Shown here: positions 1 through 10,560 of the stretch, one piece after another
Numbering within the stretch: position 1 is the first letter of the stretch
How the letters are laid out: the number at the start of each line of letters is the position of its first letter
From: Lobosporangium transversale
Lineage: Eukaryota
DNA: 64,000 nt
Assembly (NCBI RefSeq): GCF_002105155.1
Contig: NW_019029008.1
Location: 248,001 to 312,000 of the forward strand
Direction: 5' to 3'
Translations under genes and position numbers: made by a program
Notes under the pieces: model-generated
Seen by the model: only the letters and a program-made list of their open reading frames with translations
What the model was told of the DNA's origin: nothing
The model's database searches: none

Positions 1-591
1 AGATACACAAGTCAGTAAAAAGGGTAAATTGCATTTTTGTTTATGTTCTTCAAGGGGTTCACGAAAACCAAACTACAATTAACCGCCTATGATCACAAGG
101 CACAGAACATTTGGTGAGATTATAAACAAGCGTGGATATCCCAGACATCAAGAACCTTTTCCTCCTAATCTCCCATCCGTCTAGCATAGCTCCCAAGGTA
201 ATTGATGTGAGAGGGAATGATTCTGGCGAGATTGATACCCTCAACAGCATGTAGCATTAATATACCGAGAACTATTAATATATTGACGACACAATCCAAT
301 ATTGTATCACATTTTACTGGTCAAGCGCGTGGCAGCCTTGGCCAAATTCTTGGTGTTTTTTTATTCCATGTTCCTGGGCGCCTAGAGATTCAAGACGCAC
401 CGCCTTCACATATTGATACTAAATTGGCCGAACATACAATTAATATGATCCCATTGGTCACAGGTTGCCACTTGCGGAAGACCCATCAATTATCATCATC
501 TAGGGCTCCAGAACGTTTACCGGGAGCTAGGATGACAGCTCCGCTCTAAAGACATAAATGTCGTTTTAGCCCCATGGTGCGTGCACGGGAT

Positions 592-815
592 GGCAAGCAT
601 CCAGATGACAAAGCATATGAGAAAGGATAATTTCCTATGCCAGCTGTCCTGGTGATAATAATATGATTTTGGGTCTCATCATCAGACTCTCACTGGGTTC
701 TCCACAGGATCCTTCATTTCTATCCGTTCTTACAAAACTCTTTGGTAATAGTATCACAAAATTCCGCCCTTTCTTGCACACAAGATCGCATGATGATCAC
801 AGGAAGCTTTATAAA
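592..815 (-). pseudogene. Decayed fragment of a CRN-type P-loop NTPase gene
   Basis: Minus strand reads KLPVIIMRSCVQERAEFCDTITK...* and then HIIITRTAGIG/(frameshift)/SFLICFVIWMLA. These align by eye with FPIVNTRHLYIREEYKELYDHITAK and LFVTGTPGIGKSAFLVYFAIRLLA of the adjacent intact CRN genes. A stop and a frameshift are present. Confidence 0.55.
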
Positions 816-995
816 GTCCTAAATGCCCCAGTAGAAGGGAGGACTGATTAAACCACACTATCTATTCGTCTAAAAGGTAAGTGGATAATGATGGCTTCAT
901 TCATAAAGGATGTACTATTGTAAAAAACCCTCAAGGAACAGGTATAATGCTTTTCTTTTACATGACAAATTTCATCCACTTAATTGGTATTCGAT

Positions 996-3473
996 TTAAT
1001 TCTTCAGGTTCGTACCGCCTGAATATACAACATTGATGTCGATTTTTATGACACGCTGTCTTACATGTTTCAAGCATCCAGGTATTGTCTTGGTATCCTG
1101 ATCATCGTTTATAACAAACCTCTGAGCCTTAAAATTGTCATATATGTATCCTGGTACCAGAAAGTAGAGGAAAATGGTATCATCACTTCCATTCGACTTT
1201 GATCGGTTTCCTTTCGAATCTGATCGGTTTCCCTTCGGGCAGGGTCCAGTAATATAATCAATTATATCCTTAAATGGTGCTTGCTTGATCGGATGATTCT
1301 CTGATACTGTGACCTGAAATAGCTTGTTGGGTCCCAATGCAAAATCGATGCACGGAAAGTTGGGTAAAGATGGTAGAAACAACTTGTCTGTTGTTTTGGA
1401 GAATGTTGAAAAATCTGCTGCAGTCTTGGTAAATAATACTTCCGAGTCCCTCGGGAGATCAAAGAATCCTGTTTCGTCTGACTGAAGATCCTTAAATGGA
1501 AACCGAAGTCCACCACATCGAATTAAATAGTGAACATAGAGTTCAAACGAAGGTCCTTTTTTTATTTCACTGCCAGCTTTGGCAAGTCGCTTCAACTCGT
1601 CGATCCAAGTCTGATCTTGTAATTCCATGATGATACGTGATCGAACATAAGGAGATGCCCATACCAGGTGGAAGCGGAGGTGGTCAGAAGTGGGGACTCT
1701 ATGGAGTAAATGACTACCCGCTTTATCTCCTGGAATAAAGAGGTCAAAAAGATCTCCTGGGGACTGGAGTAGGCCAATGGCATCATTGACACACTGAAAC
1801 GCAGTCTCTCTAGCACCGTCAATATCTTTTTGATTTCTGCATAGTACATCAGATGGACCCTGTAGGACCTGTCTTGGCACACCCCCCAAGTTGCAAAAGA
1901 GCTCCTCCAAAAATTCTTCATCCATTCGATGATAATGCTCTACATTGGCTCTACATTCCTTAAGCTCGTCCAAAGTCCATATTGACATGTGATAGTAGCT
2001 AAATGGTGTAGTTTCCTTGGCGAATTCATCGTACTGTCCACTGAGAGTTCTTGGTGATGCCGAAAATATCGTCCTGGCTTGATCTGGTTGAGGATTATCA
2101 CCACTATCAACTAAATACCACGTTTCAGGCCGAGCAAGGAAAACTCGGAATGTTCTTATATTCCCATAACGTTGGCAAGTTGTTCCTCCATAAGCATAGC
2201 ATCTAGTACTCTTCTTCTCTTGGAAAATAATAATCGGTGGGTTTTCCTCGTCGTGTTCGGCAAGGAGGCGGATGGCAAAATAGACCAAAAAGGCTGACTT
2301 CCCAATTCCAGGTGTTCCAGTGACAAAGAGTCGATTCAAACGAGATACTTTACGAGGGGTACTGAGTTTGGCTGTAATATGGTCATAAAGCTCTTTATAT
2401 TCTTCTCTGATATAAAGATGCCGTGTATTAACAATAGGGAAGGTACGACCCTCAGGGGCAGTCAATATTTTGGAATCCTTGATACCTTCACCAGAATTTC
2501 GGAGCTCGCGAGCCACGCTAATAATACTGTAGTAAATACTACCTACCGATGCCTCCCCCATGTACGAAAGCACCTTGACCCTCTCTTTCGAGTTGAGAGG
2601 CGAGATGGCAGGGTAACCATCCACTTTCCCTTTCGTTGCAAGCCCTGCTTCTGTAATCGCATCCATAAGAGCACTAGAGCGGCCTGTGCTACTCATGCTT
2701 GAACGAGCTTTTTTAGAGGATGACTCTGATAAAGGAGATAGAGTGATCAAAGTCAGTATTTTTGATTTATTGCACATCACTCTAAATTGATCAATAACCA
2801 GGTTCTCGGCCAAAAGCACTCACCACAATCTCCATCTTGTTTTCTTTTCTGAGCTAAGTATCAAAAGCGAATAATTAGAAAGAACGTTGAGTTATCAAGG
2901 CACAAACCAAATGGTGATATTATGCACATGGCCGTTTAAGATATAAACCAAGCTTCATCAGCTGGAAATATCAACAATCAGTCCATCAAGAGCCAAAGAT
3001 ATACCTCGCTGTGGTGGCTTGACAAAAACATGGATAGTTTTCCTTGGAAGTTCAGAATTGAATATGTCCCCAAGCTCCTTTGACGCGATTGTGAGAGCCT
3101 CTTTTGACTCGATTTCTGACTCAAAGATGGCCTCGTCTTTGTCAGGGATGGAGACCTTGTAGAGGGTTTGCTTTTCTGGCGGGATATTACCAAACCTGGC
3201 GGACGAATAGATGGCTTGCTTGAGTTCACCAACTGAACTATTGGAAAGAATCTTTACAAGAAAAGATGTTGATTCTCCCTCAACAACGCAGTTCAGCTCC
3301 AGCAGCGGTGAGATGGCGCGCTTTTTTCGTTGTGGGTGTTGGTTTTCTCTTTTTCGTTTATTGAGTGTGGAGGCATCCTCAGGCTTATTTGCAGTCATTT
3401 TTATTTGTGCTTGGCTCCTTGTGGAATCATTTGCAGCTATGTTTTTTTGTGTTGAACTCCTTGTGGCGACCAT
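996..3473 (-). CDS. Crinkler (CRN)-family protein, copy A: CRN N-terminal Ubl-like domain + P-loop NTPase + PD-(D/E)XK-like REase domain; exons approx. 3473-3005, 2853-2824, 2725-996
   Basis: Exon 1 has the CRN header LELNCVVEGESTSFLVKI...LKQAI...LYKVSIP...TIHVFVKPP (LFLAK/LWKV-like and HVLVxxP-like motifs). The main exon has Walker A VTGTPGIGKS, Walker B-like WYLVDS, GGVPR, and REase-like FELYVH...PNFPCID...LFQVTVSENHPIK. GT-AG splice sites keep the frame. Confidence 0.85.
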
Positions 3474-3543
3474 TGTTAATAAAGATAAGTAAGACTGAGT
3501 ATGGTTGAAATGCTGGGAGAAAATGAAAAACGAGTAAGGCAAA

Positions 3544-3621
3544 AGGAAAGGAAAGGAAAGGAAAGGAAAGGAAAGGAAAGGAAAGGAAAGGAAAGGAGAG
3601 GAAAGGAAAGGAAAGGAAAGG
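3544..3621. repeat. (GGAAA)n pentanucleotide microsatellite upstream of CRN copy A
   Basis: About 15 units with one GGAGA variant unit; mirrored at 7357-7434. Confidence 0.95.
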
Positions 3622-5001
3622 TGATGAACGAAGGCTTGGAATAAACGAAAAAGGAAGTTGAGTTCCTTAATTCAAGACCGTGAGAAAATCAATCACATGC
3701 CATTTTCTTGATCATTGTCACGTAAAAACGGATAGGATGCATTTGTTTTTTTATTTTATTTGATTATGTAATCAATCAAACATCAAAGGAATAGGCGAAA
3801 ATGTAAGAATTTAACTGTTACACTAGCCCAATTTCTTGATTGTTCCTCGCAGAAGAACTACGTAATGTAAATTATCATTCCATAGCTCTTGATAGGTTTT
3901 CCAGCATTGCTTTTGCAGTATAAGAGGTATTCTTTTATGATCCCTACTTAAATTTTTAGCTACCTGTATTATAGACAATCATAATTCTGTTAAATAACTG
4001 GTGCAATTGATATGTATCGCCTCAGTATAGTACGTAAGTTCCTTGCCCCTTTTTTGTGGGGAGATTGTGGGGTCAAAAGAGAGCGAACAGTTGTTCATGT
4101 GGGGATATGCGGGACGGCTGCTGGGGATCAACTCAGTGAAATGAGTGCCGTTAGACCAAGGACTTGAGCTTGGTTATCCTTAGAATAGGACAAATACATT
4201 GTTATCCTCCTCGCATGATCTCTTCAAACCACGTCTCACCGGGCGTGTCGTGCTTTGATGACCCGTTGCGTACTCAATGTGCGAGGACGTTTGGCAGGTG
4301 GCGAAGGTCTGACAGATGAATGTATGGAACATGTCTTTTTTTTTTTTTTTTTTTTTTTTTTTTCAAATGAAAAGTGAAAGGTGTGTGAAAGTAAAGTGTG
4401 TGAAAGCAAGGGATGTGATAGAAGAAGGTGTAGAGTGGTAAAGTATGCTAAGAGTTTAGGCCCATAATATATACTCTCGCATCGTACATTGTTGACATGA
4501 CCTTTAATAGCGTGTGTGGTGTACCGTACTCAGAGAGTGCATCAATAGCCCCAGGACTTGTATACTGTATGATCTGTGTAGCAGTCGCTTCGCCTTTATG
4601 GCAGCCACGTTTCGTTTCGTTTTAGAATATAAGAAGAAGAAGAAGATAAAGTAAGGAATTAACCCCTCTCAACCAAAAAAAAAAAAAAAAGAATCAAGTT
4701 AAGCCTCGAAATGAGCAGAGATAGCATATATACATCTATACACCTTATATCGATGGTGCCCCGATCTAAAACAACAAGGGAATACTCAACAATCTGGCAT
4801 CACCAAGGCTAGTCAAGGAAGAAAAAAGAAAAAAAAAAAGACGTTGATCAGAGATTTTTAGACGGCTTACAAAGCTGAGGAAGGCAAACTTTGATTGGCC
4901 CTGACCTAACTTGTAAGCATTGATGAAAGTCACTGGTGTGTCCAAAGCCGTAGCTTACGCGCGTGGAAAGTATTGAGAAAAAAAAAACTTCATAATTGGT
5001 G

Positions 5002-5508
5002 AATCTATTTGACAACCCCCCTTGATTTAGCAGCCACACAGGGTTATTTGACAACCCGGGTTGTCAAAAAAAGAAGAAAAATTATTTTTCAACCTATCAC
5101 ATGACAGGCTTCCACTATCCTGCTCTTTTGGAGAACCTTTCCCGACTGGGGCCAATTTGCGATTATAAAATGGTGGCAAAGGTCTATTGTCATGTCTGTG
5201 GCTACAGCCTCTCTGTCTTTCTCTTTTTTCTTTATCTTCCACTATGCTTTACACTCGTCATTGCCTATGCACTCTTCAAAACTAATTATTGTCGTCATAT
5301 CTTACCCACTATTGAGTACTCCATTGGTTTTCAAGTGATAGTGGACACTCTAGACAATTAGGGGACGAGGCAAATTGTCTAATAACAGCCCTTAGGATCC
5401 TTGTCAATAAAAAAAAAATGGGGTTGTCAAATAACAGCGAGCTCAGGGTTGTCACGCAAAGAAAAAAGTTAAGCATACTGTTTAAGGGGTAGGGTTGTCA
5501 AATAGATT
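5002..5508. mobile_element. MITE-like non-autonomous DNA transposon (~507 bp)
   Basis: Perfect 17-bp terminal inverted repeats AATCTATTTGACAACCC (5002-5018) / GGGTTGTCAAATAGATT (5492-5508), flanked by GTG on both sides (4999-5001, 5509-5511). Several sub-terminal GGGTTGTCA copies and no recognisable coding capacity. Confidence 0.7.
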
Positions 5509-7356
5509 GTGAAACGAACACAGATGGATACTAAGCCACAAGATCTTTATATTTCGCTTTCACAATCTTTTTCCACAAAATGCGAAATCTTTTTATGGTA
5601 GAGACAGTGTTAATGATTAAACATGACAGTTTTTATATTGATGAAGTGTTCAATTATTTCTGCTATAATGCATTGGTAGCCGAGTCGAGTCAGAAATGCC
5701 TTGATAGCGCTTTGATGGTGTTTTGTCTTGTTAATATTGTTGACGATGATGCTTTTTCCTGGATGATACTTATGCTAAACACCTTGGAAGATCACAAATT
5801 TCACGACAATGGATTGCTTGTACATTGTATTTTCTCAGCCTCTTTTGGCTCAAGGATGCAGCCAACAGTTTTCTGCCTCTTGTAGCTCAGTTCATGTTTT
5901 GGTATTTCCGACAACATCACTACTTTGTACTTTAATGCTTAAATTTATATCCTAAGATATATATTATATGTATATAAAAAAAGAAAAAAGAAAAAAAAAA
6001 ATTTACCCTTACTCATCTACTCGTCCGCATCTTGGTGACAGCGTTCAGATGATTTTCAACCGCCCTTTTACTGTACTATCAAACGTCGTGATTAGCAGGC
6101 ATTTGTGAGACTTAAGATTTTTACTCTTTTTATTTAACGAAGATCGCTGGATTATAGTAAACACATCTTTCTTTCGTTCTTGCTACACACTATGGTCCTG
6201 GGGTATTTCACCAAGTTCTGAGATGAAGATCTTATGATGCAGACAGATCAAGTAGTATCTATTGCAGTCAACTGAGAGATTGATTGATTGTCCATTTCTA
6301 TTGGGTATATAGCTTGTATGATAGGTGTATAGCCCACATGAATGGTAATGAGCCGAGATTCACTACGCTGATGATGAGTGTAGTAGCATGGGCTTCTTAT
6401 TCTGAGGAGGAGCCGAACGGACTTCTGAAATTGCTCCGCCCAATCTCAGTGAGATTCAGAGGCTGGTTGGACTTTAGAATATATATATATATATATATAT
6501 ATATACGTATATATACTCTGAATTGAACCGCACATTGCATCCTTAATTTTATCCATTGCTGTTTTGTTAAACGACGATATATATAAATGTTGTAGCTTCC
6601 AAGGTAAAGGCTAGGGTTAGTCTGAATGAAATGATAAATGCACAGTTTTATCCAGACAAAGATTGAATATCCGATATAGGCAGGAAAAAGAAGGAAAAAA
6701 AAAAAAAATGGAAGCACGGAAGCTGCTGCGATATCACCTCCTCAACTTGACCGAGCTCTGAGGTTGCTTCAGTGGTATATAGATAGTATGTGGAATATAG
6801 TATATATATGATATAGAGCCTCATTTCCACACTGACAGCTCTAATTAGCTTCACTTGAATAAAGCATCCCCCTAATCAATACCTTGGATTCTTACTTTTG
6901 GGTCTTTCAATTTTGACATTTCATGTAGTGATAGATGTAGAGAGAGAGACTGTGTGTGTGTGTGTGTGTGAATGAATGGGTGAGAGAGAGGAGCCACTGA
7001 CATCGATTTCCGTCAAGTGAAGTAAAGGCGACTGCACCGCTTGGTATGATGAGGTATTTGTCTACCAGAGTGGGTATCAGCCTCCAGGACTATTAGCTTG
7101 AATAAGAAAAAAGCTGCTGTGTGATCTGCATGCGCAAGAGTCCCGATAGCCACACACTGCGTGGCTTGCTGCATTACGCAACCAATTTCCTTTGATGTTT
7201 GATTGATTACATAATCAAATAAAATAAAAAAACAAATGCATCCTATCCGTTTTTACGTGACAATGATCAAGAAAATGGCATGTGATTGATTTTCTCACGG
7301 TCTTGAATTAAGGAACTCAACTTCCTTTTTCGTTTATTCCAAGCCTTCGTTCATCA

Positions 7357-7434
7357 CCTTTCCTTTCCTTTCCTTTCCTCTCCTTTCCTTTCCTTTCCTT
7401 TCCTTTCCTTTCCTTTCCTTTCCTTTCCTTTCCT
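7357..7434. repeat. (TTTCC)n microsatellite upstream of CRN copy B
   Basis: Mirror of 3544-3621, same length and same variant unit. Confidence 0.95.
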
Positions 7435-7504
7435 TTTGCCTTACTCGTTTTTCATTTTCTCCCAGCATTTCAACCATACTCAGTCTTACTTATCTTTATT
7501 AACA

Positions 7505-9970
7505 ATGGTCGCCACAAGGAGTTCAACACAAAAAAACATAGCTGCAAATGATTCCACAAGGAGCCAAGCACAAATAAAAATGACTGCAAATAAGCCTGAG
7601 GATGCCTCCACACTCAATAAACGAAAAAGAGAAAACCAACACCCACAACGAAAAAAGCGCGCCATCTCACCGCTGCTGGAGCTGAACTGCGTTGTTGAGG
7701 GAGAATCAACATCTTTTCTTGTAAAGATTCTTTCCAATAGTTCAGTTGGTGAACTCAAGCAAGCCATCTATTCGTCCGCCAGGTTTGGTAATATCCCGCC
7801 AGAAAAGCAAACCCTCTACAAGGTCTCCATCCCTGACAAAGACGAGGCCATCTTTGAGTCAGAAATCGAGTCAAAAGAGGCTCTCACAATCGCGTCAAAG
7901 GAGCTTGGGGACATATTCAATTCTGAACTTCCAAGGAAAACTATCCATGTTTTTGTCAAGCCACCACAGCGAGGTATATCTTTGGCTCTTGATGGACTGA
8001 TTGTTGATATTTCCAGCTGATGAAGCTTGGTTTATATCTTAAACGGCCATGTGCATAATATCACCATTTGGTTTGTGCCTTGATAACTCAACGTTCTTTC
8101 TAATTATTCGCTTTTGATACTTAGCTCAGAAAAGAAAACAAGATGGAGATTGTGGTGAGTGCTTTTGGCCGAGAACCTGGTTATTGATCAATTTAGAGTG
8201 ATGTGCAATAAATCAAAAATACTGACTTTGATCACTCTATCTCCTTTATCAGAGTCATCCTCTAAAAAAGCTCGTTCAAGCATGAGTAGCACAGGCCGCT
8301 CTAGTGCTCTTATGGATGCGATTACAGAAGCAGGGCTTGCAACGAAAGGGAAAGTGGATGGTTACCCTGCCATCTCGCCTCTCAACTCGAAAGAGAGGGT
8401 CAAGGTGCTTTCGTACATGGGGGAGGCATCGGTAGGTAGTATTTACTACAGTATTATTAGCGTGGCTCGCGAGCTCCGAAATTCTGGTGAAGGTATCAAG
8501 GATTCCAAAATATTGACTGCCCCTGAGGGTCGTACCTTCCCTATTGTTAATACACGGCATCTTTATATCAGAGAAGAATATAAAGAGCTTTATGACCATA
8601 TTACAGCCAAACTCAGTACCCCTCGTAAAGTATCTCGTTTGAATCGACTCTTTGTCACTGGAACACCTGGAATTGGGAAGTCAGCCTTTTTGGTCTATTT
8701 TGCCATCCGCCTCCTTGCCGAACACGACGAGGAAAACCCACCGATTATTATTTTCCAAAAGAAGATGAGTACTGGATGCTATGCTTATGGAGGAACAACT
8801 CGCCAACGTTATGGGGATATAGAAACGTTCAAAAATTTCCTTGATCAGCCTGAAACGTGGTATTTAGTTGATAGTGGTGATAAGCCTCAACCAGATAGAG
8901 CCAGGACGATATTTTCGGCATCACCAAGAGCTCTCAGTGAGAAGTATGGTGAATTCGCCAAGGAAACTACACCATATAGCTACTATCACATGTCACTCTG
9001 GAGTTTGGACGAGCTTAAGGAATGTAGAGCCAATGTAGAGGATTATCATTCAGTGGATCAAGAATTTTTGGAGGAGCTTTTTTGCAACTTGGGGGGTGTG
9101 CCGAGACAGGTCCTACAGGGTCCATCTGATGTACTATCTGAATATCAAGAAGATATTGACTGTGCTAGGAAAGCTGCGTTTCAGTGTGTCAATGCTGCCA
9201 TTGGCCTACTCAAGTTCCCAAGAAATCTTTCAAACCTCTTTATTCCAGGAGATAAAGCGGGTAGTCATTTACTCCATAGAGTCCCCACTTCTGACCACCT
9301 CCGCTTCCACCTGGTATGGGCATCTCCTTATGTTCGATCACGTATCATCATGGAATTACAAGATCAGACTTGGATCGACGAGTTGAAGCGACTTGCCAAA
9401 GCTGGCAGTGAAATAAAAAAAGGACCTTCGTTTGAACTCTATGTTCACTATTTAATTCGATGTGGTGGACTTCGGTTTCCATTTAAGGATCTTCAGTCAG
9501 ACGAAACAGGATTCTTTGATCTTCCGAGGGACTCGGAAGTATTATTTACCAAGACTGCAGCAGATTTTTCAACATTCTCCAAAACAACAGACAAGTTGTT
9601 TCTACCATCTTTACCCAACTTTCCGTGCATCGATTTTGCATTGGGACCCAACAAGCTATTTCAGGTCACAGTATCAGAGAATCATCCGATCAAGCAAGCA
9701 CCATTTAAGGATATAATTGATTATATTACTGGACCCTGCTCGAAGGGAAACCGATCAAAGTCGAATGGAAGTGATGATACCATTTTCCTCTACTTTGTGG
9801 TACCAGGATACATATATGACAATTTTAAGGCTCAAAGGTTTGTTACCAACGATGGTCAGGATGCCAAGGCAATACCTGAATGCTTGAAACATGTAAGACA
9901 GCGTGTCATAAAAATCGACATCGATGCTGCATATTCAGTAGGAGCAGCCGGTACGAATCTGAAGAATTAA
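7505..9970 (+). CDS. Crinkler (CRN)-family protein, copy B; exons approx. 7505-7973, 8125-8154, 8253-9970
   Basis: Same architecture as copy A. Donor GAG|GTATAT at 7974, a 30-nt micro-exon between TTAG and GTGAGT, branch-like ACTGAC near 8221, and acceptor TCAG|8253 joining in phase to the 603-aa ORF. Confidence 0.85.
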
Positions 9971-10560
9971 ATCGAATACCAATCAAGTGGATGAAATTTG
10001 TGTTGTAAAAGAAAAGCATTATACCTGTTCCTTGAGGGTTTTTTTACAATAGTACATCCTTTATGAATGAAGCCATCATTATCCACTTACCCTTTAGACA
10101 AAGGGGATGGCGCCTTTTAATCGGTCCTACACACACACTTATTGAGGGCCTGTCATAACTGTTGTTGCATATTTGGTTTAACTGCATATTTGATCACACG
10201 AACAAAAGGATAAATGCAGCCCACATAAATAGGATCTTAATTTTATATATAGAAAATGAATGAATAAATACTCGGATAATGTGGTGCTTGCAATGGTTTA
10301 ACTTAATTGACATTGTTTACACATGATCTCTGTCACTCCACTCAGGAAATTAAAACAAAACCTGTGAAGAAAAAATAAACCTCAACGCGCAGATTGTTAC
10401 TTTTGCCAGAGGAAAATGTCCCACGATATAGTAAAAACCTCTGTGATACTCTTATGAGCGTTATGATCCCATTCTCTTGGATCGTGTTATTCGTCTATTT
10501 TCCGAGTTGGCTTTATCAGATAGTTGTATCTTTTTTTGACTTATTAACCTCTGATGTTCT

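Larger units (their letters stand above)
868..3791. repeat. Left arm of a ~2.9 kb inverted duplication (partner 7187-10099)
   Basis: Reverse complement of 7187-10099. Over the inner part position x pairs with 10978-x (3542/7436, 2819/8159, 3791/7187). Similarity stops at about 868/10099. Confidence 0.97.
7187..10099. repeat. Right arm of the ~2.9 kb inverted duplication (partner 868-3791)
   Basis: Reverse-complement identity to 868-3791, including upstream sequence, introns and 3' flank. Confidence 0.97.

Noticed and set aside
5002..5508. CRISPR-like array from the repeated GGGTTGTCAA motif
   Set aside because: Copies are short, irregularly spaced and in both orientations; the context is eukaryotic with no cas genes.
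3792..7186. Protein-coding cargo in the spacer (short ORFs at 5580-5885, 6284-6526 and near 4150-4330)
   Set aside because: Short, interrupted frames with no motif I recognise. They may be decayed genes but I cannot support a call.
8759..9233. Diversity-generating-retroelement-style adenine-specific mutagenesis between the CRN copies
   Set aside because: Differences include T/C, G/C, G/T and C/T changes and go in both directions. There is no non-coding template repeat and no reverse transcriptase in the window.
868..10099. Composite transposon with target-site duplication
   Set aside because: The outer flanks (...CTATCTATTC and AAAGGGGATG...) share no direct repeat, and I saw no short TIRs bounding each arm.
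10100..10560. 3' LTR and polypurine tract of the gypsy element
   Set aside because: No clear PPT or TG...CA boundary, and no second LTR copy in the window to compare.
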